DNA of 63,762 nt, counting the filler, from Pelomyxa schiedti (taxonomy: Eukaryota; Protista; Evosea), in NCBI GenBank assembly GCA_020536535.1. It is 14 parts of 14 records of this genome, joined end to end, with 100 filler letters (N's around TTAATTAATTAA, not from the genome) between each part and the next. Parts side by side here need not be neighbours in the genome. Positions count along the whole stretch, not along the records: positions 51,001 to 52,605 come from JAHLWZ010002389.1; positions 52,706 to 54,488 come from JAHLWZ010002276.1; positions 54,589 to 55,668 come from JAHLWZ010002871.1; positions 55,769 to 56,809 come from JAHLWZ010002948.1; positions 56,910 to 62,656 come from JAHLWZ010001475.1; positions 62,757 to 63,762 come from JAHLWZ010003023.1; 8 more parts are not named here. One strand, written 5' to 3'. Each line of letters starts with the position of its first letter. Within the stretch, counting starts at the first letter, position 1. This document shows positions 50,901 through 63,762 of the stretch, piece by piece. Below the pieces are notes generated by a model. The model did no database searches and was not told the origin of the DNA. It saw only the letters and a program-made list of their open reading frames with translations. The translations under genes and the position numbers were made by a program.

Positions 50901-52383
50901 NNNNNNNNNNNNNNNNNNNNNNNNNNNNNNNNNNNNNNNNNNNNTTAATTAATTAANNNNNNNNNNNNNNNNNNNNNNNNNNNNNNNNNNNNNNNNNNNN
51001 TTTCTATCACCAGAGTTGTCACTATCAACATTTATGACATCTATACAACATTAATATATTAAAATCAAGGCTGCATTACCATCATCTTCTGATGAAAAGG
51101 CTTCATCATCCAAGCTGGAAATAGGGTAATCCCTTGGTGATCCAAAATGTTGAAGTGAGGTTGAGGGTGCATGTTTATGTGGTACACAAAGAGCATGTGA
51201 ATGTTTAGGTTTTTTAAGTTTTGGTGGCTGAATTGATTTTGAAGATTTGGGTTTTTTGTTTTGTGACAATTTGGGTTTTTTGGTTTGTGAAGATTTGGGT
51301 TTTTTAGTTTTATATTTTGAAGGTTTTTTTTGTTGATTTTGGGGTATGTTCTTTTTGGTTGAGAGGAAGCAGGTGCTGCTGATTGTTTGCTTAGCTAAAG
51401 GGACAACACTGTAGTAGTGTGTGTGGCACCTGTTGGTAGCAATCCAGTTGAAGTACCCTTTGTTGCACTCATCCCACCAGTTACACCCATCCTGGCACTT
51501 GTCACTGCACCCGTCGCCGCACCCATCGCCACACCCATCACCCCACCCGTCACTGCAGTAGTCGCCACACTCGTCACCGCACTTGTCACCAATGTTGTAG
51601 CTCCCCCCATGGCAGCCACCACACATTTCACTGCCGCACCAGTCACCACCACACCAGTCCCTGCCCCACTGAAAGCACTCACCACATTTGTTGACTCTGT
51701 TGTTGCCCTGTTGTCACCGCCATTGTTCCCCCTGTCGCTGCTGTCGTCACCTCCCCCATTGTCCCACCCAACAACGCACTTGTCACCACACTTGGAGGCA
51801 CCAATAACGACATTCCTGTGTCTACCTCAGTTGTTGCTCTTGTTGGTTTATTGCGTCCCATCACCAATTTTTTTTTCTTGTCTTTAGTACTAGAACAAGA
51901 TCTTCACTATTATACCCAGTAACACAGGGATCAAATAACCCCATCGTGTTTGTCTGGGACAAGCAAGACCAGGCCTTTTGCAGTGAGGAATAACAGCCTG
52001 GGATGGTGGAGTGAGTGAGTGAGTGTAATAGGGGAGCAGCACCATTCAGTTGTTGTAATTGTCATCAGTGTAATAATATATGTCTCGAGCAAAAAACACC
52101 CCCAAGGGTAGTGTTTTTTGCTGGTTACCCCTTTTGCTTGTGCACTTACTGGTGACCACTGGACAGATTGCACCTGCAAGTGCTTGTGTCTGGCAGAGAA
52201 GAGAAGGTGTTACTGAAATAATCTTTCAAAAGACTGGATCAATGGGCGGTGATTTTTTTTCCCGATCAAGTTCCTGTAAACAGCTCTGCCCAGTTTTTTT
52301 GGGTGGTGATCCAGTCAAAAAGCTGTGAAAAATCACTGCCTGGGGTGGTGATAAGTAGTTTGCACCTGGCCGTCGACGGTGAT

Positions 52384-52440
52384 GGGAATCGAACCCAGGA
52401 CCTCGACAAGCTTTTAAGTGGGCCCTCCTCTGCGCAGATA
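52384..52440 (-). repeat. tRNA-derived fragment / SINE-like head
   Basis: Reverse complement reads GAGGTCCTGGGTTCGATTCCC (B box), with weak A-box-like TGCGCAGAGG upstream. Confidence 0.4.
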
Positions 52441-52705
52441 TATTTCCCCCCTGAACTCAACTTTAGGTGCAATCCTACAGAGTTGTGCCAAGGACGGGAT
52501 CAGCCGCTCCCCAACTTCTCAAAGAACAGGCCCACATAAATTGGACACCCTCCCCTGGCTGTTCGCACAGAGTGGTAACCTGTAACGCGGGCTGATTTTC
52601 TACTTNNNNNNNNNNNNNNNNNNNNNNNNNNNNNNNNNNNNNNNNNNNNTTAATTAATTAANNNNNNNNNNNNNNNNNNNNNNNNNNNNNNNNNNNNNNN
52701 NNNNN

Positions 52706-53458
52706 CGTGGCGGAGATTCCGATGAGCTCGCAGCTGGGCTATTGCCCAGAGACGCGGGTGTGCAGGGGCACCAAGTGGGCGGTTCTCTGGCATCCTCTTC
52801 TGGGCGGCATTGTGATCCTGCGAATGTGTGGTGGGCTGGAGAGAGTCCGTTGTGGCGGTGGTGGGAAGGAGGACTTCTGTGTGGTTGGTTTGAGAGGCTA
52901 TGTGACGTGCGCGTGCATGATAAACGACGACGAGGCTGCACTGGTGGCACCCTCTCCAGCTGTGGAAGGCAAGACTGACATGGTGTGCGTGGACCTTAAG
53001 ACGTCGTTTGAGTCTCACAACCTGGCTGTGACTCAGGAATTTTTGGGACTCTCCTTCACAGTGGATGAGGTGTTCCACTCAAAGAAGCACAAGGTCATTG
53101 CGGCGACGTGGGGATTCAACACGAGGGGTGACCGTGCGTGGAACCTCAGGTCACTCCAGCAGCAGCCACCTCATCATCGGGTTCTTCTCCACACATCAGA
53201 AGACCACCTGCCAGATAATCTGGCCAAGGTGGATAACACTCACTTTGCGTGTTGCCACCGCAGGACCCACACTCTGAGTGTCTTTTCTCCACTGATGACT
53301 TTGATCACCCTCTGCGTGTTTTCCCACTCTCTCCGAACTTCCACTTTGAGAACGGGTTCATTGTGTTCAGTTCCGGTGACGATGAGTGCTTGGACCTTGT
53401 GGATGCTGTAACTGGCACTCGGCTGTTGTGCTTAACAACCCCTCGATTCACTGGATGA
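52706..53458 (+). pseudogene. 3-prime part of a lineage-specific family gene related to 17310-18113, frameshifted
   Basis: VCVDLKTSFESHNL ~ IVIDIERTFATKNL, KVDNTHFAC ~ QLNTSTFCI, VDAVTG ~ SDAESG; frame change near 53280. Confidence 0.55.
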
Positions 53459-55171
53459 ACTGAAAGCAGTGATGAATCAGCCGAGCCATGAGGGAAAATA
53501 ATACCCAAGAAGGAATTATTACCCTTCAGACTTGTATTGAAGAAACCAAACATCACAACACCTCCTTAATTTTTGTTACCACAAAAATTAAGGACAAGCA
53601 ACAAGGAGGTCCATAGATGGATGTTCTTATTAAGTGATTTACCGACGCAAATTGTTTTCAAAAAAAAAATGTTGTTCCTTGTTGATGCCCCCACAACCAA
53701 GAACCACACAACACAACAAACAACAGACACAGTGTGCAGCAGTCAGGAAGAAGTTCCCTCACTGTTACACTTACAGTTTAAACGATCGTTTTCGGAGAAA
53801 ACGCATTGAGACACACAGCCAAAGATGTGGTCTTACATCATTTCAATGCAATGTTCATTGCAACCTTTTTTGTTGGGGGTATCCCATGATTTCTTCTATG
53901 TGCATTTATTAACCGGAAATGGTTAATAAGTATTACTTGCGCTCAATCTCAGCTGGAAATTCCAAACCTAATTAAAGTCTGTGAGGTAAATAATAAAAAG
54001 GAAAAAAGCCACACAGCAGTGCCACAAGGTGCCAGAAATGCAGAAACGATGTGGTGTATGCTGGCACTTTTAGGATATTGAAGCGCACATTTCCGACAAT
54101 GCACCTTACAAAAGGATTAGTGCGGAAATATGATGGGAAGCATGCATACGACATCTGGAAATGGTTCTGACAAACCTAGGAATGCCAGATATGCGAATTT
54201 AAATCATCCAAAGGCAACGTTTTATTATTTCAACTCTGCTTATCCATTTCGTTTGTATTTATTTGTTTTATTGGTTTGTATTTTGCGTTTTATTAAGCAG
54301 TTAACTTGCTGGTTGCATGCAACATAGGTGAAAATGCAAGAATGGCGGGAAACCAGGATTTACCATCAGTTCACCAAGAGCAAGGAAATGGCTCAACTTT
54401 TCAAATCGGACCTATTTCTTGAGTCAGAGGAGGAACTGCAAAGAGGGCCGATTCGGAAAAAAAGAAGAGTGCAGAAAATATGTGGAGTNNNNNNNNNNNN
54501 NNNNNNNNNNNNNNNNNNNNNNNNNNNNNNNNTTAATTAATTAANNNNNNNNNNNNNNNNNNNNNNNNNNNNNNNNNNNNNNNNNNNNAAGTGGAGGGGG
54601 ATGGACCTGCTGGCTTTGATTTAGCTCTAAACAAGTTTGAGTGTTGTTTTGGACCAGGACTTGGTGGACTGCCCACTCAACTGACAAATGACTTTCCTCT
54701 TTTCACACACCCTTCATTCAGCACTGAGAGTTGTGCAACAACCCCCACTGCTTCAACATCTGACCACTCACACAATTCGTAATGAATCCATGTTTGGGGG
54801 TCAAACTAAGTGTGCCAAAAATCGTATCAAAATTCGTTTTCGTGTTGTCCTAATCTCAACCTCCAGGCGGAATAGGTAACTTGAAGTTGTTGTCAAAGTT
54901 TCCCCTGGGTCCCATTTACAGCTGAGACTGTTTTGTCAAAATACACTTAAGACCTCCTAAGGCCCTGCTTGCCCGTGGTTGTGTTGATGGGTGTTGTTGA
55001 GCATTGCCCAAGGAGCCTGTTGGTGTGCCCAGAACCCTGCTGTTCAAATCGACTTGTTCCTAACGGTAAAATTGTGCTATACAACTCAAAGAGATAGACA
55101 AGGAGATTTTTTTCTCTTCTTCTTAGAATTAAAAAAGACCCCTTTTTAGGGTTGCGAAGTACGAGGAGAAC

Positions 55172-55668
55172 ATGCGCAGTAGCGGCTATGTTCTTCGCGA
55201 CGTTCTGAGCGCCGTGGGGTCGAAATGGCAACCGTCGACGTCACCTACGGGCACCCCAGCGCCGAACACGGATGCTGCGTCTGCCACGATACGGCTGCTG
55301 AAGCAGGTGGCTCTCGACGCGCTTGACAAAGATTGCCCGGACGCAGCACACGTCGCCCTGCGCGCCTGTTGCGCTTTATCTCGGAAGAGCGGCGACCGTG
55401 AGGGTGCAGTCATGGCAGAGAAGCTGCTGGAGAAGATCAACACGGACACCGTGGAGAAGTACACGAAACACTTGTTCGCCGTCGTGGCCAACAGCACAAC
55501 TCCCCACTTGCAGTTCACCGAGTCGTTTGTGATGCCGAGCCAGGGGATGGTCCTCGGTCTGTTCCTCACGTTTCTCGGCGAGGTTCTGCCGGATGTGGCC
55601 AGGGGCCAGCGCTGCCCGGTCGACTTCACCGTGGTGCCTGGGTGGGAACCAGCGCTGAGGACCGCATG
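55172..55668 (+). CDS. Hypothetical helical protein exon, partial
   Basis: GC-rich open frame running to contig end. Confidence 0.4.
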
Positions 55669-55768
55669 NNNNNNNNNNNNNNNNNNNNNNNNNNNNNNNN
55701 NNNNNNNNNNNNTTAATTAATTAANNNNNNNNNNNNNNNNNNNNNNNNNNNNNNNNNNNNNNNNNNNN

Positions 55769-56337
55769 GGAGGCGGAGGAGCAATAGGAATAGATGGAAC
55801 TTGTTGTTGTAGTACATTGATTTGAAGCGAACCGCTGCCAGTCGATGCACTATCAACCGTCGTAGCGGTACCAGTAGTAGTAGAAGAAGAATCCTCGAGA
55901 TCGACGTTGGCGCCGTTGTTGTGCATCCAAGGAGGGAAAATGGCAGTCGGGCCCCCGGATATTTCGTTGAACAGGCGCTTCCTCACGGACGCCTGGACTC
56001 CCTCGTCGGCCGACTCGAAGCTCACCGCCGCCGAGGACGTGGCGCCCCCGCTGTCGCCGTCGCCGCCCGGCGCCGGGAACGTCCTTGGGATTATCCTCGC
56101 GCTCCTTCTGGGCCCCCCTCGCCCTCGCCCTCCCGCCCCTGCTCCTGTTTCTGCTCCCCGGCCCCTGCCCCGGCCTCGCCCTCGGCTGGCTCCTCCGTCG
56201 GCCCTAGTCCCATATGTGGAAGTAGAGGCGCCCCTTCGGTTGTGAAACGGCGTGCGCGATGAGGCGTTGGGGTCGCTGGGTTGGTTTTGGTGCTGGCGTT
56301 GCTGGTCAGCGGTGAGCTCGTCGAACATCCCTTGCAT
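55769..56337 (-). CDS. Hypothetical protein 5-prime part with RG-rich tract, partial
   Basis: ATG-initiated ORF with SRGRGRGRGRG. Confidence 0.45.
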
Positions 56338-56909
56338 TCTCGGTGGTGGTGTGATATATTATAAACAAATTTCTAATTCTCGGCGAAGGGCGCGACGGGG
56401 AGGGAATTTGGCTAATTAGAACTACAACGGGAACTAGCACTACGGGAAGGAGGAAAATAATTAATTGCCCTTGGCTGTAGAATAAATCACAAATGAGAAA
56501 ATTCCAGTTGGGAAGTCTGTCCTCCCCTTCCTCGTCCCACTCTCGCCTACTCACTGTGCTGTTTATATGTAGTTCTACTCCCGTTACCACTCAAAGTTCT
56601 GGTTCTTGAACCTCCCATCTCCTACTCCTAAAACACCCATCACCATTCCATGGCTTCAACACGGAAGGGCACGCCCCCGGCACATCACCACAGCCCCAGA
56701 TCATCATCCCCGCCACCAGTGACAACAGAGGCCAAAGACAAGGGCACTCTGTGGCGCAACGTGCTGTGCACGCAGGGGGACCCTGTGCCCATGGCGGCCA
56801 AGCAGCTGANNNNNNNNNNNNNNNNNNNNNNNNNNNNNNNNNNNNNNNNNNNNTTAATTAATTAANNNNNNNNNNNNNNNNNNNNNNNNNNNNNNNNNNN
56901 NNNNNNNNN

Positions 56910-57446
56910 TTGGAATTCCACTTGAGAGCGAGTGGCCATACACTGTCCAGGATGTTTACAAGTGCCCAACAACTGCATTCACCAAGAGCTACACCATCTC
57001 TGGATACAAGTGTGTCACTCAGTCCACAGACACTAAGGCCTATGACGAGACCCAGCTTCTTGATATCCTCGCCAACGTTGGCCCACTCTCAATTGCTCTC
57101 AATGCCAACCTCTTCAGCGTGTGCATTCTTTCCCGTTGACATTGCTTCAATTTGCTCACATTTCTTCTTCTTGTTCAGGCATACACTGGAGGAATCCTGA
57201 AGGCCACATGCGCTGGGGGAGTCCTCAATCACGCCGTTCTTCTTGTTGGGTATGGCACTGATGGAACCACACCATACTGGAAGGTCAAGAACAGCTGGGG
57301 TGCCGACTGGGGAGAGAAGGGCTACATCGTATGTGTCTCTTCAAGTTTCGCAGACACCTTAATTAATAACCTCAAACACACAGCGTATCCTCAGGGGAAG
57401 CGATGAGTGCGGTATTGCCGAAGCCATCTCTTACCCAGTACTCTGA
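56910..57446 (+). CDS. Papain-family (C1A) cysteine protease, 3-prime part, tandem paralog
   Basis: [42 protein letters not shown]. Confidence 0.93.
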
Positions 57447-57733
57447 GTTGCTTCTTTGGTTACACTTATCTAGAGAAAAAAAAAAACCTTGATTTAACTT
57501 AATCACAAGTAGTCACTTAGCCCCTTCGAATGACTTTTAGCTTTCAGTCCCTTCAGACTCAACAACCAGAAGATGCCCTGAGGCCAGTCCAAAACTTTTC
57601 AGCCGACAAAGACAACGCGGGGATTTTGGGGAACACCCCAAAATCACTCTTTAACCGACGCGGCCGTACTTTTTAAGGAGACAAAGTTTCTAAAAAACTA
57701 AGTTAAACAAACAAAACAAAACCCGAAAGAAAT

Positions 57734-59100
<1,367 letters not shown>

Positions 59101-59675
59101 GTTGCGGTTCCACTTTACCTGTAAGGGAAAATAAACTTGTTACCCTTCTTTACTCCAAACCGTCAACAACACGCGAGAGTAAAACCATGTCTCATGTGGC
59201 GAGCTGAGCTAAATATTTGGAAGACAACCCAAGCCCGTTTGTCACCAAAATGATTCTGGAGTGCCACGTCTCACTTACGTCATGGTTGCCGCCCCATCGA
59301 CAGACGAACGTAGCATGATCCCAAAAAAAAACCACCTGTCCACCCAGTGCAGCTAGGACTAAATCTCTTAGCTGCTAGTGCCCTCCCCAAGACCAGCTAA
59401 AGATATTAGATCCTTTGATAAATCCAGTTCAATTGTGTGGCTAAAACTCTGAAAAAAACACCCTGTCACAGTCTGCTTTGCTTGTCTTTCAACACTGTGT
59501 CCACCAATAGCCAGCTATGTAAGTACATCGCCCAAACAAGAGCTTAGACTGATGTTTATATTAGACCGCCTATCTCTTGTACCTCGAAGTTTAGAGAACG
59601 TATTCTAAACCTACGCGAGGCAAATTGGCACACTCACTTTTGTTGTTTCACCCGTCATGTTAATTTTTATTCATT

Positions 59676-61566
59676 TCAATATAAGCCGCGGCGAGATTTT
59701 TCTTGCTGCAACCAATTCTCCTGCCTTTTTTTGACTTCCTCTTCCCTATTTTGCGTGAGAATGTAATGGTATCTGTGGGTATTGTGGAAACCTTTGCTTG
59801 GCTTCAAGTCTTATCCTTTCTTCATTGAGCTCGAATTCACGGCGGCGTTCTTGTTGCGAGTCAAGTGATTCTTGTGGTATTACCGCATCCATTGTTGGCT
59901 CGGCCTCAGCCGATTGCAGTGAATTCTGTTGGGAGTTAAGGGTGAAAAACGTTCTTCTACATTTCAAACAGGAACTTACTTTATGGCTCTGAGAAGCTCT
60001 TTGTGCCATGCGCTCCTCCAGGATTTCAGAATAAGACCGTGTCGAACTGAATGTGGATTTGTAGGATGATGTTGTTCTCCTTGATGCATAACTAGACCTG
60101 GTCTGTGGGGAATATGTTGCGTAACTGGAAGATGTGTAAGTCCTACTAGGACTAACAAATGTTGCTGTTGTTGTTTGTAGTGGAGGGGAGGTTGTTGCTG
60201 GAGTGACGATGGGTGTAGAAGAAGGGGCTGTTGATGTGAGCATCACAGGTTTGATGGATGGGATTGCTGTTGAGTTGGGAGAAGCTAAAGAGGGGGATGA
60301 ATTTGAAGAGGGAGTTGGTGTGGCAACTGAAGTAGTGAGTGGTATGGATGATTTGTAGTCTTTACGGAAGTGACGCCTCCAGTCTGGACGATCTGAAAAG
60401 CAGTCGGGAGGAGTCACTGGAGGTTGTTCAGGAATGCCCAGTCGTCTAAGGAGAGGAGGTTTTGTGTTTTTCCGGTAAGAGGCAAACAAAAGGTTCAGTG
60501 GATTCCTACTTTGTCAGATATTCCGTCAATTCGAAGTGACACTCTTGCTTTGCAATTTCTAGGGGTGTGCATCCATCCAGATTCATTTGCTTAAGGGCAG
60601 GCATTCCTCCATTTTCTAGCAAAAAATCTAAAATTTCTTTCTGTTGCTCATTACATTGTTTGTAATGTAATGCATTAACTTTTCATTTACTTTGATTTAG
60701 AGAAGGTTGTTTTTTGGTGGAGTAAAACGCACATTGCCATAAAAACAAGCAAAGTGAACAGGCGTATTAAAAATGCCAAGTTCGGATACTGGCAGTGTTG
60801 GATCTTGTTGCACAAGACTTCGAACTTCACTGATGCGGTTTTCCCTAATAGCACACTTTGTTGTATTTGGAATTAAGAAGACGAAGCATTTCAGGGTAGA
60901 AAGTGCAGAAGAGTAACATGCGCCGAAAAGTAAAATGTACAGAAAAAGCAATTCAGGTGAGACATAAAAAGTGAGGGCGTTATTACAGCAAGGGGGTGTT
61001 GATTTCTGCGAAACCCAGCATCAATTTTATGTAAAACCAGTAACCTATTACTCTCTTCCTCTTCCCAGGCCTTCCTCATTTCCTCAGGAGTCCTTTTTCA
61101 CCAGGTCACACAAATTAAAGGGCAAGTTTGAAGGTAACCTAGTATCCTTTGGAAGCAGTGTTCGCAACATTGCCCATGCTGCAGCTGAAGATGCAGTAGG
61201 AGACAAAAGACTTTTTATCAAGGCATTGTACAACATTATAGCGTCAACATATCTCATTCCACCAATAAAGTCCTCCTCCTTAGTCATCAAACACTGTGGC
61301 AAAAAAAAAAAAAAAGTCAGTCTACTCTGCAGATAGAGACAAATCAAAAAAAAAAAAAAAAAAAAAAGACAACAACGAACCTGATAGGCACTCGATATTT
61401 TCTGAAACATCACAGTGCTTTCCTTTGAGTTTTCGTTCTTGTCAGGGTGCCACTTCATTGCCAGTCGTCGATACGCACCCCTGACGTCGTCCTCGCTCGG
61501 CTCGGGCGGCGACGACAGCCCGAGTATCGCCAGGCTCTCCTTCCTTGTAAGCCTCACCTCGACCAT
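59676..61566 (-). CDS. DnaJ-domain + ankyrin-repeat protein with S/T/P-rich tail, multi-exon
   Basis: AYRRLAMKWHPDKN..FQKISSAYQ; TPVHFACFYGN..LDFLLENG, GCTPLEIA. Confidence 0.78.
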
Positions 61567-63084
61567 CTTGCGGAAACGGGTGAGGAAAAAAAAACCGAAA
61601 GACGAGAAGCGAATTCATTCAATCACTCGCTTGTTGGAAACTTTTCGTGATGAGATCAAGAAAAGGAAGGATTGTGTTGTTGTGTGGGTCTGTGTGGCTG
61701 TTTCTGTTTTAGTAAAATCAGTGTTGGGGTTTCGTACTGTGCGAGTGCGGGTAGGGAATGTCTGCTGTGGAGGCTGATGAAGAGCACCAGGAGTATGAGA
61801 AGATGTCAGAGACAACTTCGGGGTGGCTTTCAGTTGCGAAGTTGAAGGGGGCTTGGGTTGTTACAGGTAAATATAGCATTGTGTATTGTGCACGTCATTT
61901 TATTTTGTTTGGGGTAAGGTTGGAGTGACGATAGTTAGAAAAAGCACACGGGGCAAACTTTTGGTATACATACTCTTGTTTCTATTGTGTAGCACTCTTA
62001 TAGCCAGTACTCAGTTTCGTATGTTCCACTGCTGGAGTAAAGGTTGCCAAACGAAGCTCTTTCTTGAAAACAAATGAAGACTTCTTTGGGTATCTCCCCC
62101 TGTCTCTGTTCCTTCTGAACTAAGAGTTGGAAGTTTCCAAGAGGTTCAAAATAAATACCAACAAAACGCACTAGATTTGTTTGCCAAACTTCATCGTGAG
62201 GATCCAACAATTTCCAAGTGCTCATCCAACTGTTCTATTGTATGCTTACTTTTTCCTCTCAGAGTTTCCATATTTGGTGAATTGATCGGTGGAGGATATG
62301 TTGAGCACGGTACCCCCTTGACACCTGAGCAGATGAATAATCTAGTGCAGTCCGAGGTCGGGCACTGAATTAACATTACCTTTGACTCCACGCACAGATT
62401 TTTTATTGCCCCAATCACGAATTTTATGCTTTTGACATCACAACAGCAAGAGACCCCAGTATGACCAGAGGTTCTCCTGAGTCTAACTTCAATTTTCTTG
62501 ACACCTTTCAAGAATACCTCCCATACGATGTGGCAATGGCTCTTTTTGAAGAATTTCGGTTTTTTTACGCTACACCACTTTTCATTGGGCCTCTTGAAAA
62601 GGCACTAGCATACAATGTCGATTTTATCACCACTATACCCGGCAGACTTGGGTATGNNNNNNNNNNNNNNNNNNNNNNNNNNNNNNNNNNNNNNNNNNNN
62701 TTAATTAATTAANNNNNNNNNNNNNNNNNNNNNNNNNNNNNNNNNNNNNNNNNNNNCATGTGTTAAAAGCACAGAAAAGTGGAGTGATCATCATACAGAG
62801 GTATCTTGTTACAACTAGAGTACTATCTTATCGCCATTGGGTGCTTCGCTTGTCAAAAACTGAAGAGCTCTCTATTGGCAGAGGCTGATCACTCACAGCG
62901 GCATTGTGTTGAATTTGAGGATATTCTCACATTTCTTTATGTGACATTCTTCAAGGCATGCATGGCAGGTCAAACTTTTCACACGAGGCATCATCGCACT
63001 TTATCAGAACCGTCATCTTGTTGTTGGATGTGTTGTGCTAATTACATTTGGTGAATGAATTAATATTGTTATTTATTTTGCACA

Positions 63085-63459
63085 ATGATATGCGGCATCA
63101 CTACAAACACTGGACAAAAATATGTGTTGCGTAGTTTGGGTGTTGCAGTAAAAATAAGAAGACATACAGCCAGTGCAGGAATGAATAAACAGGCGTTAGT
63201 ACTACAAAAGACCCTCGCCCGAGATCTTGCCACCGTGTTTGCCGCCGGTAATATTAAAAAAAAATTGGAAATTACCGGACCGAAAATTGATTGTTTCCTG
63301 CTGAGGTGTCAAAAGGGAGAACAACAAAGAAAGAATCAGTGGAACAACAAAGGGCTTCCCCAGGCTCTTTTACAACACATTGTTACTGCATTTGATGCAA
63401 AAGAACCAAAGTTGGCTTTATTGTGCAACTTCAAGGTCGACTTGGAAGGGTTCTTGTGA
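63085..63459 (+). CDS. Hypothetical ORF
   Basis: 124-aa ORF only; no recognised motif. Confidence 0.2.
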   Translation: MICGITTNTGQKYVLRSLGVAVKIRRHTASAGMNKQALVLQKTLARDLATVFAAGNIKKKLEITGPKIDCFLLRCQKGEQQRKNQWNNKGLPQALLQHIVTAFDAKEPKLALLCNFKVDLEGFL

Positions 63460-63762
63460 CTCCTCATTCACAGGACAATGTATTAGAATCTTCAGCTGCG
63501 TTGATGGTGAGTCGATTTGTGATCGTGAGCTCTTGCAGCCTTGTGTCCCTGCTTTGGTTTGTGGGTGCCGGATGAGCCGGAATCATTGCCTTTGGGATTG
63601 GGATTGGATTTGGTGACCATGCGAGTGGAATCGTCATTGGGTTCTCTGTGGCCTTCTGTGTAGTCCGGCTTGATGCATTTCACAATTGGATTGGAGGAAT
63701 GTGTGTTCAAAGGCCCTGCATTTTGGTTTCTGGGTCTTACTGCCGCCTGTGATTGTTTTCTG

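Noticed and set aside
52249-52539. FPPELN..NPTE as a Tc1-like transposase motif
   Set aside because: Spacing is wrong and there are no other DDE motifs

Overview
Eukaryotic, intron-rich DNA: 14 unrelated contigs joined by 13 artificial N44-TTAATTAATTAA-N44 linkers, plus three 100-N scaffold gaps flanked by duplicated sequence. Gene families, short introns and GC-rich first exons suggest an amoebozoan, most likely an archamoeba such as Pelomyxa (inference from family motifs, not a database result). Recognisable genes: an intronless bacterial-type NRPS module (A / T / Cys-type TE, split by a frameshift), a PH-domain protein, a SIRT6/7-like sirtuin, prefoldin 3, a PH+patatin phospholipase, a large Roco (LRR-Roc-COR-kinase) gene with an extra degenerate Ras-like domain, a CstF-64 hinge fragment, two tandem papain-family proteases and a DnaJ+ankyrin gene. 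Four paralogs of a lineage-specific ankyrin-like family occur on four different contigs and differ in intron content. Mobile or decayed DNA: a kinase pseudogene, an APE/RT non-LTR retrotransposon remnant with an inverted YADD segment, a deleted hAT element and Tc1/IS630-like fragments. Non-coding oddities: a hairpin-bearing ~85-bp tandem array, three abutting tRNA-like units, and two related triple-motif palindromic elements. The best candidate for new biology is the Cys-TE NRPS.
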